This document shows positions 37,111-45,622 of a stretch of 50,286 bases of DNA, one piece after another. The position numbers and the translations under genes are program-made. How positions within the stretch are numbered: position 1 is the first letter of the stretch; each line of letters begins with the position of its first letter. A model generated the notes under the pieces. The model had not been told where the DNA came from. It was given only the letters and a program-made list of their open reading frames with translations, and ran no database searches. The stretch lies in IMG/VR virus record IMGVR_UViG_3300020043_006108, positions 1 through 50,286 of that record. One strand, written 5' to 3'. Source of the DNA: a virus. Its lineage: Duplodnaviria > Caudoviricetes.

Positions 37111-38466
37111 ATGAAAAAGACCATAACCATAACCATACCGGCGCAAACCTTTGAGGTTGAAATAGATATTGGCGGGGTGAATCCACCAACAGACCCGCCC
37201 GTTGATCCACCTGCGCCACCGATAAATTCCGGATTTAAAGTAGGCGCAAATGGGTTTCCGTGGTCGCCTATGCGCCTATTTACAGATGCGGGGTTAAACT
37301 GGATACGGTGCTATTTTGCTTCGGGGTGGGCATGGAGGTCCAAAGGACTACACATTCAACCCCTTTATCAGGCATCTACCCCGGAAGCGTGGGGAATGGA
37401 TGACTACCTACAAAAAGCAAAAGACGCGGGGAAAACTGTTCTTTGGTGCAACCATCAATGTCCGGAATGGTATCGGAACACCGGCAGGACGGATGGCAAT
37501 AATGATTTTGCGCCCATCCCGGCGGGCGCAAAACGAGACGACCCGAAATCGTTTAAAGATTATGCTTCTTACCTTTTCCAGATAGCCGCCCGCTATGGCT
37601 CTGTAAAATATCCTGATTCTGTTTTGCAAACAGACCCGGAAAGCCGTTGGAATGGCGATTTAACGGAAAAGAAATCCGGCTTGAATCTTTTGAAGTACAT
37701 GGAAGTTTGGAACGAACGGAAGTTTTGGCTAAAAGGAACGGAAGCCTACATAGAGCCGGAAACACTTGCAGCAATGATGTCGGCGTGTTACGACGGTCAC
37801 GAAGGAACAATGGGGCCGGGCGTTGGGATATTGACAGCAGACCCGAACATGATAGTAGTAATGCCAGGATTGGAGGATTTTGATTTTGAAACGGTTGCTT
37901 TGATGGATGATTGGTTTGTCAAAAACCGCAAGGATAAAAAATGGCCCTGCAAAATTGCCCAACTTCATCATTACAGCAATCGTAAGCAAAAGGAAAGACA
38001 GTTCCCGCAGGACTGGGAGAATAGCGGCGGTTGCCCGCCATCGGAAGATAAAAACTTTGTGAGCGCAAAAGAGATGGCCTCTATTTTCAAAAGCAAAGGA
38101 TTGCCGCTTTGGATAGGAGAATTTGGATACGACACAAAGCCCCCGTCTCAAATGCACATTGTAGGCAAGAATGGAAAAAGCGACGAACAAGCGCAATCGG
38201 ATGCGCTTATCGAAACGATTAAGAAATACAAAGAATACGGTGTTGATGCTGTTTTCATTTTCAATATTCACGACGATTTAGGCGCTGCCGACGGCGGGCA
38301 GTTTGAAACGTCTGGCATTTATTCAAGTCAGGCAACAGGATACAAGCCCAAACCGGCAGCGTCCGCGCTTAAAGCATACCTATCGCCTCCGGCCTCCAAG
38401 TCTGTTGGCATGGCGGTTGCAAATCCGTCAACTAAAAATGCAAATTTTAAGCGACCATTTAAATAA
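37111..38466 (+). CDS. Clan GH-A glycoside hydrolase (GH5/GH39-like TIM barrel)
   Basis: EVWNE (acid/base), HHYS, WIGEFGY (nucleophile); Pro-rich N-terminal linker. Confidence 0.8.
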   Translation: MKKTITITIPAQTFEVEIDIGGVNPPTDPPVDPPAPPINSGFKVGANGFPWSPMRLFTDAGLNWIRCYFASGWAWRSKGLHIQPLYQASTPEAWGMDDYLQKAKDAGKTVLWCNHQCPEWYRNTGRTDGNNDFAPIPAGAKRDDPKSFKDYASYLFQIAARYGSVKYPDSVLQTDPESRWNGDLTEKKSGLNLLKYMEVWNERKFWLKGTEAYIEPETLAAMMSACYDGHEGTMGPGVGILTADPNMIVVMPGLEDFDFETVALMDDWFVKNRKDKKWPCKIAQLHHYSNRKQKERQFPQDWENSGGCPPSEDKNFVSAKEMASIFKSKGLPLWIGEFGYDTKPPSQMHIVGKNGKSDEQAQSDALIETIKKYKEYGVDAVFIFNIHDDLGAADGGQFETSGIYSSQATGYKPKPAASALKAYLSPPASKSVGMAVANPSTKNANFKRPFK

Positions 38467-38496
38467 TAAAGATAAGGTTTTCGGCTTTTCATTTTT

Positions 38497-38535
38497 CGGG
38501 GCTGCTCTCACATTGAGGCAGCCCCGTTTTTATTT
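38497..38535. terminator. Terminator between convergent blocks
   Basis: CGGGGCTGC..GCAGCCCCG followed by TTTTT. Confidence 0.8.
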
Positions 38536-38731
38536 CCAAACTACCGATTAAAAGCAGGGCGGCGGGGCGATTGGCTCTATTTGCCGGGTGGAATCCCGTA
38601 CGATGCCCTCTTTCCCCGCTCAGGCCCATTCCAAGGCAGCCCCGTTTTTGTTAATCTTCATTTTTGCAAGCCCCTCTTTAAAAAACGGAACGGCATCTTT
38701 TTTTAATCTGAATTTTTTCATGGGTGCGTTT

Positions 38732-38917
38732 TTAAAATGGCAAAATGTCGTTTCGGATAACGAGCGGTTTTTTCAATTCGCTAACGTTTTTTGAATCGTA
38801 GAGAGTGAATGGAACGGAAGTAAGCAGCGACATTTGCTGTGTTGCCTGTTTTTCTCCAGATGCAAGTATAAAGGCAAAATGTCCGTCTACACTGTCTTTG
38901 AATTTGTAGATTCTCAT
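38732..38917 (-). CDS. Hypothetical protein
   Basis: ATGA overlap with the HNH gene. Confidence 0.6.
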   Translation of the reverse strand: MRIYKFKDSVDGHFAFILASGEKQATQQMSLLTSVPFTLYDSKNVSELKKPLVIRNDILPF

Positions 38918-39573
38918 CGTTTATGTTTTTCGCGTTTCGATTTCCCTTCCTCGTTTCGGGTTAGAAAATCCTTAACCTGATCTGTTGGCCGGGTTTCTGT
39001 TTTTGCGCCGAATCTGCCAGCGCCGTACCCGGTTAGCCAACATTGGTACTTGTCGGGGTTGAACATTATAACGTCTTCTGTGATGGGTGCTTTGATGCTA
39101 TTCAGCCTGGCATATTCCCCAAAGTGTAAAGTTGCCGCATCGTTATAGGCCAGAGCAGCAGACCTTGCATCTGTATACAAGCCTAAGTGCATGTGCCTGC
39201 CGCCAACCCAGATAGAAGCCCGCCATTTTTTTAGATTTTTGTTCCATTGAACACCCTTGTACCCGGTTTTGTTCTTTTTAGACAAGCCCATGTTTCTTGA
39301 ATTTTCCGCATGCGTTGCCGCCCTTAGGTTTTCTCTTCTATTGTCAAGCGGGTCTCCATTTATGTGATCTACAAGCACTTTCGGGTCTGTAATATCCATT
39401 ATTTGCCTATGCATAAGCAAAAGGCGGCTGTTTGGGCCTCTCCTTTCCGCTCTAAATTTTTCTTTAATACCAAAACCGCACCTTGACGCGCACCACTTGA
39501 ATTTAATAAGAGTTTCATAATCGTCATCGTCTACAAGTGCGACCTTTCCGCGAGTGAGATTTATCTGCTTCAT
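38914..39573 (-). CDS. HNH endonuclease with AP2 DNA-binding domain
   Basis: ALVDDDDYE, VDHINGDPLDNRRENLR...N, TGYKGV.W...KWRASI..HLG.Y...A..AYN.AA..HFGEYARLN. Confidence 0.92.
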   Translation of the reverse strand: MKQINLTRGKVALVDDDDYETLIKFKWCASRCGFGIKEKFRAERRGPNSRLLLMHRQIMDITDPKVLVDHINGDPLDNRRENLRAATHAENSRNMGLSKKNKTGYKGVQWNKNLKKWRASIWVGGRHMHLGLYTDARSAALAYNDAATLHFGEYARLNSIKAPITEDVIMFNPDKYQCWLTGYGAGRFGAKTETRPTDQVKDFLTRNEEGKSKREKHKR

Positions 39574-39685
39574 AAAAAACGAATGCGCCAATCAAAAACC
39601 GGCGTGTACAAGACGCGGGCAATGAATGGCGCAATTTATCTTTTCCGGTCTTGTACCCCGGCTGCCGATTGGCTATACGAAGATA
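39574..39685 (-). promoter_or_regulatory. Promoter-like box (TATCTTCG) plus kissing-loop leader (GTACAAG / CTTGTAC)
   Basis: On the - strand: CCGG-GGTACAAGA-CCGG hairpin; GCGCCATTCA..TGATTGGCGC stem enclosing GCGT-CTTGTAC-ACGC; U-run just before the ATG. Confidence 0.6.
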
Positions 39686-39689
39686 GCGA

Positions 39690-40127
39690 TTATTTTAATA
39701 ACCCCCAAACAAAAAGAGCACCGTAATAAAAAAAGCACCCGTTCAAAATCCACAGCAAACACATGAAAACGAGCGCAAACGGTACAGCGATTATCCAATA
39801 TGTTTCTGTGTGCCCCTGACCCTTGTAAAAGTCTGCCCTGAGCGGTCTGATTTGATCGTGAAACCATTGCTCCAGAGCATAGGCAAAAAATGTCGGCACA
39901 AAGAAAACGGGTATCGGGATTCCTGGCATATCATTGTTCACGCTTTTTTGCCGCTTGCCTATTCCTGAATGCGTACCCGTGTATCCATATTTGCAAAAGA
40001 TAATGAACGGGAAATTTATCATTAGATAGTTTATTCCGAAGCCAAAAAACGGGCTTATTTTCGGGGGCGCGAACGGCTTTTTGTGGGCGGGCGACTTTCG
40101 GTATTTACGCTTCATTACCACCCCCAT
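39690..40127 (-). CDS. Membrane protein
   Basis: Several hydrophobic segments; start uncertain. Confidence 0.55.
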   Translation of the reverse strand: MGVVMKRKYRKSPAHKKPFAPPKISPFFGFGINYLMINFPFIIFCKYGYTGTHSGIGKRQKSVNNDMPGIPIPVFFVPTFFAYALEQWFHDQIRPLRADFYKGQGHTETYWIIAVPFALVFMCLLWILNGCFFYYGALFVWGLLK

Positions 40128-40402
40128 TTTTTGTGCATATCACTTGCCCACTGACGCTTCCCGTCCTCCTTTATCTTTTCCGTCGCTTCCCGCCTCTTAT
40201 TATAGGTTTCCACTTCCAGCCGTTTCACCTCTTGCCGATAGGCCATTTCTGAATCCTCTCGCTCTTTTCTCCGTCTTTCAGATTCAAGATAAGCCTTTGT
40301 ATACTCGTCGTTTCTTCTCTCTACGTTGACCGCCACCATTAAATTGTGCCATTCGTCGGCGCTCATTCCGGGCCTATACATCCTATCAAAAACGGTTGTC
40401 AT
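40115..40402 (-). CDS. Charged coiled-coil hypothetical protein
   Basis: Leftward operon packing. Confidence 0.65.
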   Translation of the reverse strand: MTTVFDRMYRPGMSADEWHNLMVAVNVERRNDEYTKAYLESERRRKEREDSEMAYRQEVKRLEVETYNKRREATEKIKEDGKRQWASDMHKKWGW

Positions 40403-40863
40403 ATTCCATTGTTTTGCCCACCATTTCCCTGGTAGTTATTTTGATAATAATTATTTATAACCGTTGGCCCTGATTTTGGCCGGTACTCCGAACCCGAACC
40501 GCCTCCCGAAAACGCCGAAACTACAAGCATCGCAAGAAAAAACACAACCGCTGCAACGACCGCGACCGCAATATACGGAGCAGCAAACGCAATGATAGTA
40601 GCCCCGTTTGTGATAACAACAGCGCACCCGGTAATTACCGGAGCGGCAATTAAAACGCGCTTCAATTCCACGCTCACCACCTTTTCGCTTTGCGGAATTT
40701 CCGCAGGCTTTGGAGGCGGAACGTACGGAACCGCCGGGCGCGTTTTGATAACTTGGTACTGCGCATAAACGGAATCCGGGGACATAGGGCCGCGCTGGAT
40801 AACCGGAAATTCCGTAACCATTGCGTTCTCCATGTCTTTTTTCAGGTTGTCAAATTCCGTCAT
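40399..40863 (-). CDS. 2-TM membrane protein
   Basis: Hydrophobic hairpin and an N/Q/G-rich tail. Confidence 0.7.
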   Translation of the reverse strand: MTEFDNLKKDMENAMVTEFPVIQRGPMSPDSVYAQYQVIKTRPAVPYVPPPKPAEIPQSEKVVSVELKRVLIAAPVITGCAVVITNGATIIAFAAPYIAVAVVAAVVFFLAMLVVSAFSGGGSGSEYRPKSGPTVINNYYQNNYQGNGGQNNGI

Positions 40864-41045
40864 TTCATTTCCAGTTTTGAGAATTTATACCCCTGTCTTT
40901 CCGCCACATATTTGTCGTACATCAACAGGGTTTGTTTTGAGTTGTCCGGCTTCTTTTTCGCCACGACGTTGATCGTGACGTGGATGGCAGGGGCGGTTTT
41001 GGGGGCTGGTTTTTTGCGGGGCTTACGGGGTTTCTTTTTTCTCAT
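40860..41045 (-). CDS. Small basic hypothetical protein
   Basis: ATGA overlap. Confidence 0.55.
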   Translation of the reverse strand: MRKKKPRKPRKKPAPKTAPAIHVTINVVAKKKPDNSKQTLLMYDKYVAERQGYKFSKLEMK

Positions 41046-41256
41046 TAAAAATAGCGTCTATTTCTTCGCAATCAGAGGGTGAAAAATACGAGCCCATTGT
41101 GCGCCGAATCTTATCCCACTCCTTTTTTGTTAACCCCATGCTTTCACATAGAGACTTTATGTCAAACCCCTTCTTAGCGTGAAAGAATCCAACAAACTGG
41201 CTTTCTGCGTATTCTATTTGGGTCTTTTCAATTTCTAAGTCAGTCATATCCTTCAA
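41023..41256 (-). CDS. Hypothetical protein
   Basis: Operon packing; start uncertain. Confidence 0.6.
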   Translation of the reverse strand: MKDMTDLEIEKTQIEYAESQFVGFFHAKKGFDIKSLCESMGLTKKEWDKIRRTMGSYFSPSDCEEIDAIFNEKKETP

Positions 41257-41750
41257 TTTTGATTGTTTGCCTGTCCCGCAAACTGCTCCTTTGCAGCCGC
41301 TTCGTTATACCCCGCCTTCTCTTTACGCCACATTTCCCGGCGCTTCGTCACATTCTGATTAACCAGGTCTTTCCACATTGAAAAATCGCGGGTTGGAAAC
41401 ATCGGATCGGCAGAATAAACGTATTCCCAAATGTCGGTTTCTGGATTCAGAAAAACGTTACCATGCTCAACCAGTTTGGCGCGGGCATTTGCAGCGCGGG
41501 TAGTTACGCCGTAATCCTCCGGGTCATCCATCACGTATTCGATAGGCTCCGAAACCGTTGCCCAGAACATCGCTTTGCCGTCGGCTATTTTGCGGCGCTG
41601 CATGATAATGTAGGCCACAAACAGCGCGGAAAAAAGAATCGCTACCAATATCGTGTTCATCATATTTTTGTTGTTTACCCTACCCCTACCCTGATTTACC
41701 CCGGGTTTTTGGAGGTTTTCGGCGGTGGGGGAGGGGTTAAGTTTCATCAA
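41253..41750 (-). CDS. Single-TM hypothetical protein (start possibly ~41663)
   Basis: ILVAILFSALFVAYII TM segment. Confidence 0.6.
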   Translation of the reverse strand: MMKLNPSPTAENLQKPGVNQGRGRVNNKNMMNTILVAILFSALFVAYIIMQRRKIADGKAMFWATVSEPIEYVMDDPEDYGVTTRAANARAKLVEHGNVFLNPETDIWEYVYSADPMFPTRDFSMWKDLVNQNVTKRREMWRKEKAGYNEAAAKEQFAGQANNQN

Positions 41751-41928
41751 AAGAATCTAACTCCCAAACCGGCTGGTCTGGCATACTATCAACGTATTGC
41801 ATTACGAGGTCGCGTTTTTCGATTTCAGATAGAAGCGCCCACTCTTCATCGGTTGCGCCGATGTCGGATAGTGTTATTGTCAAAGACCTATCGCGTTCGC
41901 TAACGCTAATTTTTACACTGATTTTCAT
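41737..41928 (-). CDS. Small acidic phage protein
   Basis: L.DIG.TDEEW..L...EK pattern. Confidence 0.65.
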   Translation of the reverse strand: MKISVKISVSERDRSLTITLSDIGATDEEWALLSEIEKRDLVMQYVDSMPDQPVWELDSFDET

Positions 41929-41931
41929 AAT

Positions 41932-42348
41932 CTAAAAACTTGGTTTATCAATTAAATACTCCCGAAAAGCAGCCAACACATTCTTGGCCGTGTTCGGCGT
42001 AATGCCCTGGAAATCGTCGCCGCTCGAATTTGCCGCTAAATCCTGCTTGTTGCAAAACGGCATCTTTGAGAAATACGCTTTACACGCTGCGTATGCCGGG
42101 TTTTCCGGGTCTAATCCTCTTGCTTGCAAGCCTTTTTTGTCTAAGTCCGTCAGGTGTTCCGGTATTTCTACGTTTGTCCTGCCAAACTCGAAAGTGTTGG
42201 TTTCTGGGTTGACCAGCACCGCCCCGCTGCGTTTTGTATCTACGTTTACCGTTCCGTTCCAGTTATGCGGGGCGGACTGCGCGGCGTAGCGTTTGGGGTC
42301 GGGCGGCGGGCCGGTGAAGATGTTGAGTAGGTTGGAGAGGGCGGTCAT
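41932..42348 (-). CDS. Hypothetical protein
   Basis: Leftward operon packing. Confidence 0.7.
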   Translation of the reverse strand: MTALSNLLNIFTGPPPDPKRYAAQSAPHNWNGTVNVDTKRSGAVLVNPETNTFEFGRTNVEIPEHLTDLDKKGLQARGLDPENPAYAACKAYFSKMPFCNKQDLAANSSGDDFQGITPNTAKNVLAAFREYLIDKPSF

Positions 42349-42351
42349 TGT

Positions 42352-42597
42352 TTATTTTGGCGGTTCAGGTAGTGGCATCCAGTGGGTAACGTCTTCTATG
42401 CTCCATCCAGCGGGATCGTTATCGTCGTCGCCAACAACACAAAGCCCCACTTCGTCTTGCAAAATACAATGCCTTATCCACCATCCATGATTTGTTGGCA
42501 CGGCGGCGATAAATTCCTTGTCTCCGTCTACCGTTGCGACCCATCCAATCGGGGATTGGTCTATAAGCGGTCGGTTGTCTACTGAAATCCACTCCAT
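42352..42597 (-). CDS. DUF551-family phage protein
   Basis: MEWISV..RP ... VTHWMPLPEPPK. Confidence 0.85.
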   Translation of the reverse strand: MEWISVDNRPLIDQSPIGWVATVDGDKEFIAAVPTNHGWWIRHCILQDEVGLCVVGDDDNDPAGWSIEDVTHWMPLPEPPK

Positions 42598-42598
42598 A

Positions 42599-43255
42599 TT
42601 ATTTGCTTTTATTCAATTGAAGATAAGCCGCGTAAAACACCCCGGCAGCAATCAGGGCCATAAAAACCGATAATGTTCGGGCGGTTGCATACGTTCCTGA
42701 ATTGCAAAAATCAGTCACAAGGCCCAGGAACCGTGTCGGGTATCCATCCGAACCAAACCGCGTTAACCCTCCGTAAATCCGCATCACATTGCAGAAGCAT
42801 TCGTATGCTATCATCAAAAGCGTGAGCGACTTCACAAAAAAACCGCGAAGGCCGATCAGGATAAAGGCGAAGGGCGAAAGCGAAAAGACGGCGGTTAGCA
42901 TGATGCCCGAATAGAAGCCGGTTAGATCACCTGTAACGCTGTACATATTTTGAATAGAGGCGATAGCGGGAGCAGCCATTAAGCCGTAAAGCAAAAACGG
43001 CTGCTTTAATTTACCCGACGAGCAACCTTTGTCACCCGCCGGGTTTGGTGTGCGCTTCATGATACTTTTTCCACTCATCTCTGTTTCCGTATTCTTTACG
43101 CTTCCGCTTTTTCTTTCCTTCGATATGGCAGAAAGTTGTTCCGTTGTCAATTCCGAATCAGCGGCAAACGGAATTCCGGGGAAATTTTTTTTCCACCGCT
43201 TCGCAATACACGAAACGGATTTTCCTTCACTTCCTGCGATGTCGATTGCTGTCAT
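42599..43255 (-). CDS. Multi-TM membrane protein with HTH-like N-terminus (MTAIDIAG...)
   Basis: Start reassigned to ATG 43255, downstream of the -7 box at 43291-43298; four hydrophobic helices. Confidence 0.65.
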   Translation of the reverse strand: MTAIDIAGSEGKSVSCIAKRWKKNFPGIPFAADSELTTEQLSAISKERKSGSVKNTETEMSGKSIMKRTPNPAGDKGCSSGKLKQPFLLYGLMAAPAIASIQNMYSVTGDLTGFYSGIMLTAVFSLSPFAFILIGLRGFFVKSLTLLMIAYECFCNVMRIYGGLTRFGSDGYPTRFLGLVTDFCNSGTYATARTLSVFMALIAAGVFYAAYLQLNKSK

Positions 43256-43290
43256 TTTTCCGTCGGAATTCCTTTGCTTTTTCCGTTGGG

Positions 43291-43298
43291 CAAATGTA
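43291..43298 (-). promoter_or_regulatory. Leftward -7 box TACATTTG
   Basis: Consensus match at the divergent early switch region. Confidence 0.55.
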
Positions 43299-43362
43299 AT
43301 GTGTTTCACTTCACACTTACAAGCGCTTGGAAAAATAAAAATGAAAAATATTTCATCAATTG

Positions 43363-43394
43363 CTTGCACGGTATTAATACGGGTTGTATCTTTG
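43363..43394 (+). promoter_or_regulatory. Promoter CTTGCACGGTA...TATCTTTG
   Basis: Shared motif and spacing with 4091 and 43862. Confidence 0.7.
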
Positions 43395-43447
43395 AACCAA
43401 CAAAGCGCAACAATAACGCGGCGCTGAAAATTAAAAAAGTTAGCAAC

Positions 43448-43738
43448 ATGAAAAACTTCTTTGAATCTGACCAGTACACAGAATTTTGCGTAGGAAATGA
43501 GATTTGGGTTCTCGGTAACACGCCGGAAAATATCACAGAAGAAACGCCACATCGATTTGTGGGCCGCGACAACACATGGGGCGACGGAACAGAAGAAGAA
43601 ATGGAATTGCCGATTACAGATGGCCACGGAACCCGCGAGTACGTATCGGGTCGCGTTTATGTCGGCGCGAAACACGAACTGTGTGGCACCACAGCGGAAG
43701 AAAAAATTTCCCGCTTCAATACCTTCAATATCGGCTAA
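43448..43738 (+). CDS. Acidic hypothetical protein (MKNFFESDQY...) in its own promoter-terminator cassette
   Basis: ATG follows the promoter; a terminator follows the ORF. Confidence 0.65.
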   Translation: MKNFFESDQYTEFCVGNEIWVLGNTPENITEETPHRFVGRDNTWGDGTEEEMELPITDGHGTREYVSGRVYVGAKHELCGTTAEEKISRFNTFNIG

Positions 43739-43745
43739 CTTCCAT

Positions 43746-43790
43746 ACCCCGCCCGCTTCCACTACAACAAGGATTTTGGGCGGGGTTTTA
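43746..43790 (+). terminator. Intrinsic terminator
   Basis: ACCCCGCCC..GGGCGGGGT followed by TTT. Confidence 0.65.
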
Positions 43791-43861
43791 TTGCCCAAAA
43801 CATTGATTTTCTACCCTTTGTGTTTCCGTGTGAAAATATTTTCAAAATATATTGGTAATTG

Positions 43862-43893
43862 CTTGCACGGTATTAAAACACCCCGTACATTTG
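43862..43893 (+). promoter_or_regulatory. Promoter CTTGCACGGTA...TACATTTG (main early rightward)
   Basis: Shared motif and spacing with 4091 and 43363. Confidence 0.7.
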
Positions 43894-43921
43894 ACCTATC
43901 ATTCACACAAAAAAGAAGATC

Positions 43922-44119
43922 ATGCCGCCATTTTCTATTGAAAGGATTGCTAACCAATTTGGCGTTTCTGTGGAGCAATTGAAAAAGCAATACTTCAACA
44001 ACGCCTTACAACTTGAAAAAATGTACAAAAAGGCAATTGCAACAGGTAAAAAAGTAAATGGATTTACCGCCGATCAATTAAAAGCATATTGCACCGAATA
44101 CTACAATAAGGCAAAATGA
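43922..44119 (+). CDS. Small hypothetical protein, possible HTH
   Basis: SIERIANQFGVSVEQLKK. Confidence 0.65.
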   Translation: MPPFSIERIANQFGVSVEQLKKQYFNNALQLEKMYKKAIATGKKVNGFTADQLKAYCTEYYNKAK

Positions 44120-44763
44120 AAATAATACTTGGCTGCGAAGAAAGTCAGATCGTTTGCATTGCCCTTAGAAACATGGGGCACGAAGCGTATAGTTGCGACC
44201 TGAAGCCGTGTTCCGGCGGGCATCATGAATGGCATCTGCAAATGGATGTTTTTGCGGCAATAGAAATGTATGATTGGGATATGGGTATTTTCTTCCCTGA
44301 CTGCACCTACCTGACGTGTTCCGCCGAATGGGCATACAAAGCCGGACCTTGCCATCAAAAAGTAAAACCGGGGACCCTTGTCGGTGACGACAGAAAAGCG
44401 GCACGGGTAAAGGCTGCAAATTTTTTCATGGCGCTTTACAACTGCAAAATAAAAAGAGTGGCAATCGAAAACCCGGTTGGCGTAATGAGTAGCATTTTCA
44501 AAAAGCCCGATCAAATTTTCAACCCGTACAACTTTGGCGACGATGCCAGTAAAAAAACCTGCCTTTGGTTAAAGGATTTGCCGCCATTGATTCACACAGG
44601 ATATTGCGCCCCCAGAATGGTTAACGGGCGGCCTCGCTGGTCAAACCAGACGGACAGCGGGCAAAATAATCTATCACCATCTGAAAACCGTGCCGAATTA
44701 CGATCAAAAACATATCCCGGAATTGCACGGGCAATGGCAAGCCAGTGGGGTTCGGCAAAATAA
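44116..44763 (+). CDS. Phage DNA cytosine methyltransferase-like protein
   Basis: ILGCEESQ..AYSCDL, FPDCTYL (catalytic Cys-like), IENPVG, KKTCLWL, RSKTYPGIARAMA.QWG. Confidence 0.75.
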   Translation: MKIILGCEESQIVCIALRNMGHEAYSCDLKPCSGGHHEWHLQMDVFAAIEMYDWDMGIFFPDCTYLTCSAEWAYKAGPCHQKVKPGTLVGDDRKAARVKAANFFMALYNCKIKRVAIENPVGVMSSIFKKPDQIFNPYNFGDDASKKTCLWLKDLPPLIHTGYCAPRMVNGRPRWSNQTDSGQNNLSPSENRAELRSKTYPGIARAMASQWGSAK

Positions 44764-44775
44764 AAACGACCAATC

Positions 44776-45039
44776 ATGCAACACACTTTCCAACACACCG
44801 CCGAACTCGAAATCTTCCCCGAAAACATTGTGGAAGTCGAGTTAACCATCACCTACCAACACACCCCGCCCTCACGCGGTTCACGCGGCGCACATGGCGA
44901 ACCCGAAGAGCCGGACGAACAAGCGGAAATCGAAATTCTTTCCATCGTGGACGCGAACGGCAAAGAGTACCAGCCCTGGCTGGAAGGCATTTCTTTTCAT
45001 TCCCTTTGCTGGGATCACCTTGAAACTGTTGAGCAATGA
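44776..45039 (+). CDS. Hypothetical protein
   Basis: G.RG..G.P.EPDE..EIEI motif seen in phage early proteins. Confidence 0.7.
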   Translation: MQHTFQHTAELEIFPENIVEVELTITYQHTPPSRGSRGAHGEPEEPDEQAEIEILSIVDANGKEYQPWLEGISFHSLCWDHLETVEQ

Positions 45040-45377
45040 AACTCGAAATAGGCCAAAAGGTATTCGTCGAAGTGTTCAGGCACAGGGGCGAAATGGAAAT
45101 AAAAGAGTGTCAAATTACCAGAATTGGCAACAAGTATTTTTACCTGGATAGATACCAGGGCAAAGGTTTTGATAAACAGACCTTAAAATACGCCGATAAG
45201 CAGTACACACAACACAACCTGCAAGGCTATTTGAGCATTCAAGAAATCACAGACCGGCACGAAAAAGCCCATTTGCGCGAAGTTCTTAGAAAGCACTTTG
45301 ACACATGGGGCAACTCAAAAAACAATACACTCGAAGATCTGAAACAGGTATTTGAACTTTTGAAACCTACAATATGA
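45036..45377 (+). CDS. Hypothetical beta-barrel phage protein
   Basis: GQKVFV...ITRIGNKYFY. Confidence 0.7.
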   Translation: MKLEIGQKVFVEVFRHRGEMEIKECQITRIGNKYFYLDRYQGKGFDKQTLKYADKQYTQHNLQGYLSIQEITDRHEKAHLREVLRKHFDTWGNSKNNTLEDLKQVFELLKPTI

Positions 45378-45622
45378 ACATCCCAGAGCAAACATTCGAC
45401 GCCCACTTTGACGCGGGAAAAGCCATCCAAAACAAATCCGGCTACTCCCTCATGCGAATACAGGTATTTGCGCCCCGATGGGAAACGGAGCCTACCATTG
45501 AATTTTGGCTTTTCAACCCAGACGGCGAAAAGATCGGGCAAATAGACGGGAAAGAAAACGAAGCCATTGCCATTGCCGCTTTGGCGGGGATTGAAAACCA
45601 TTATAACGAAAAGGAACAATGA
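45374..45622 (+). CDS. Hypothetical protein
   Basis: ATGA overlaps. Confidence 0.65.
   Translation: MNIPEQTFDAHFDAGKAIQNKSGYSLMRIQVFAPRWETEPTIEFWLFNPDGEKIGQIDGKENEAIAIAALAGIENHYNEKEQ

Noticed and set aside
43256-43798. N-terminal extensions of ORFs 42599-43798 (-) and 43136-43738 (+)
   Set aside because: They run through the divergent promoter region; internal ATGs at 43255 and 43448 fit the promoters better.
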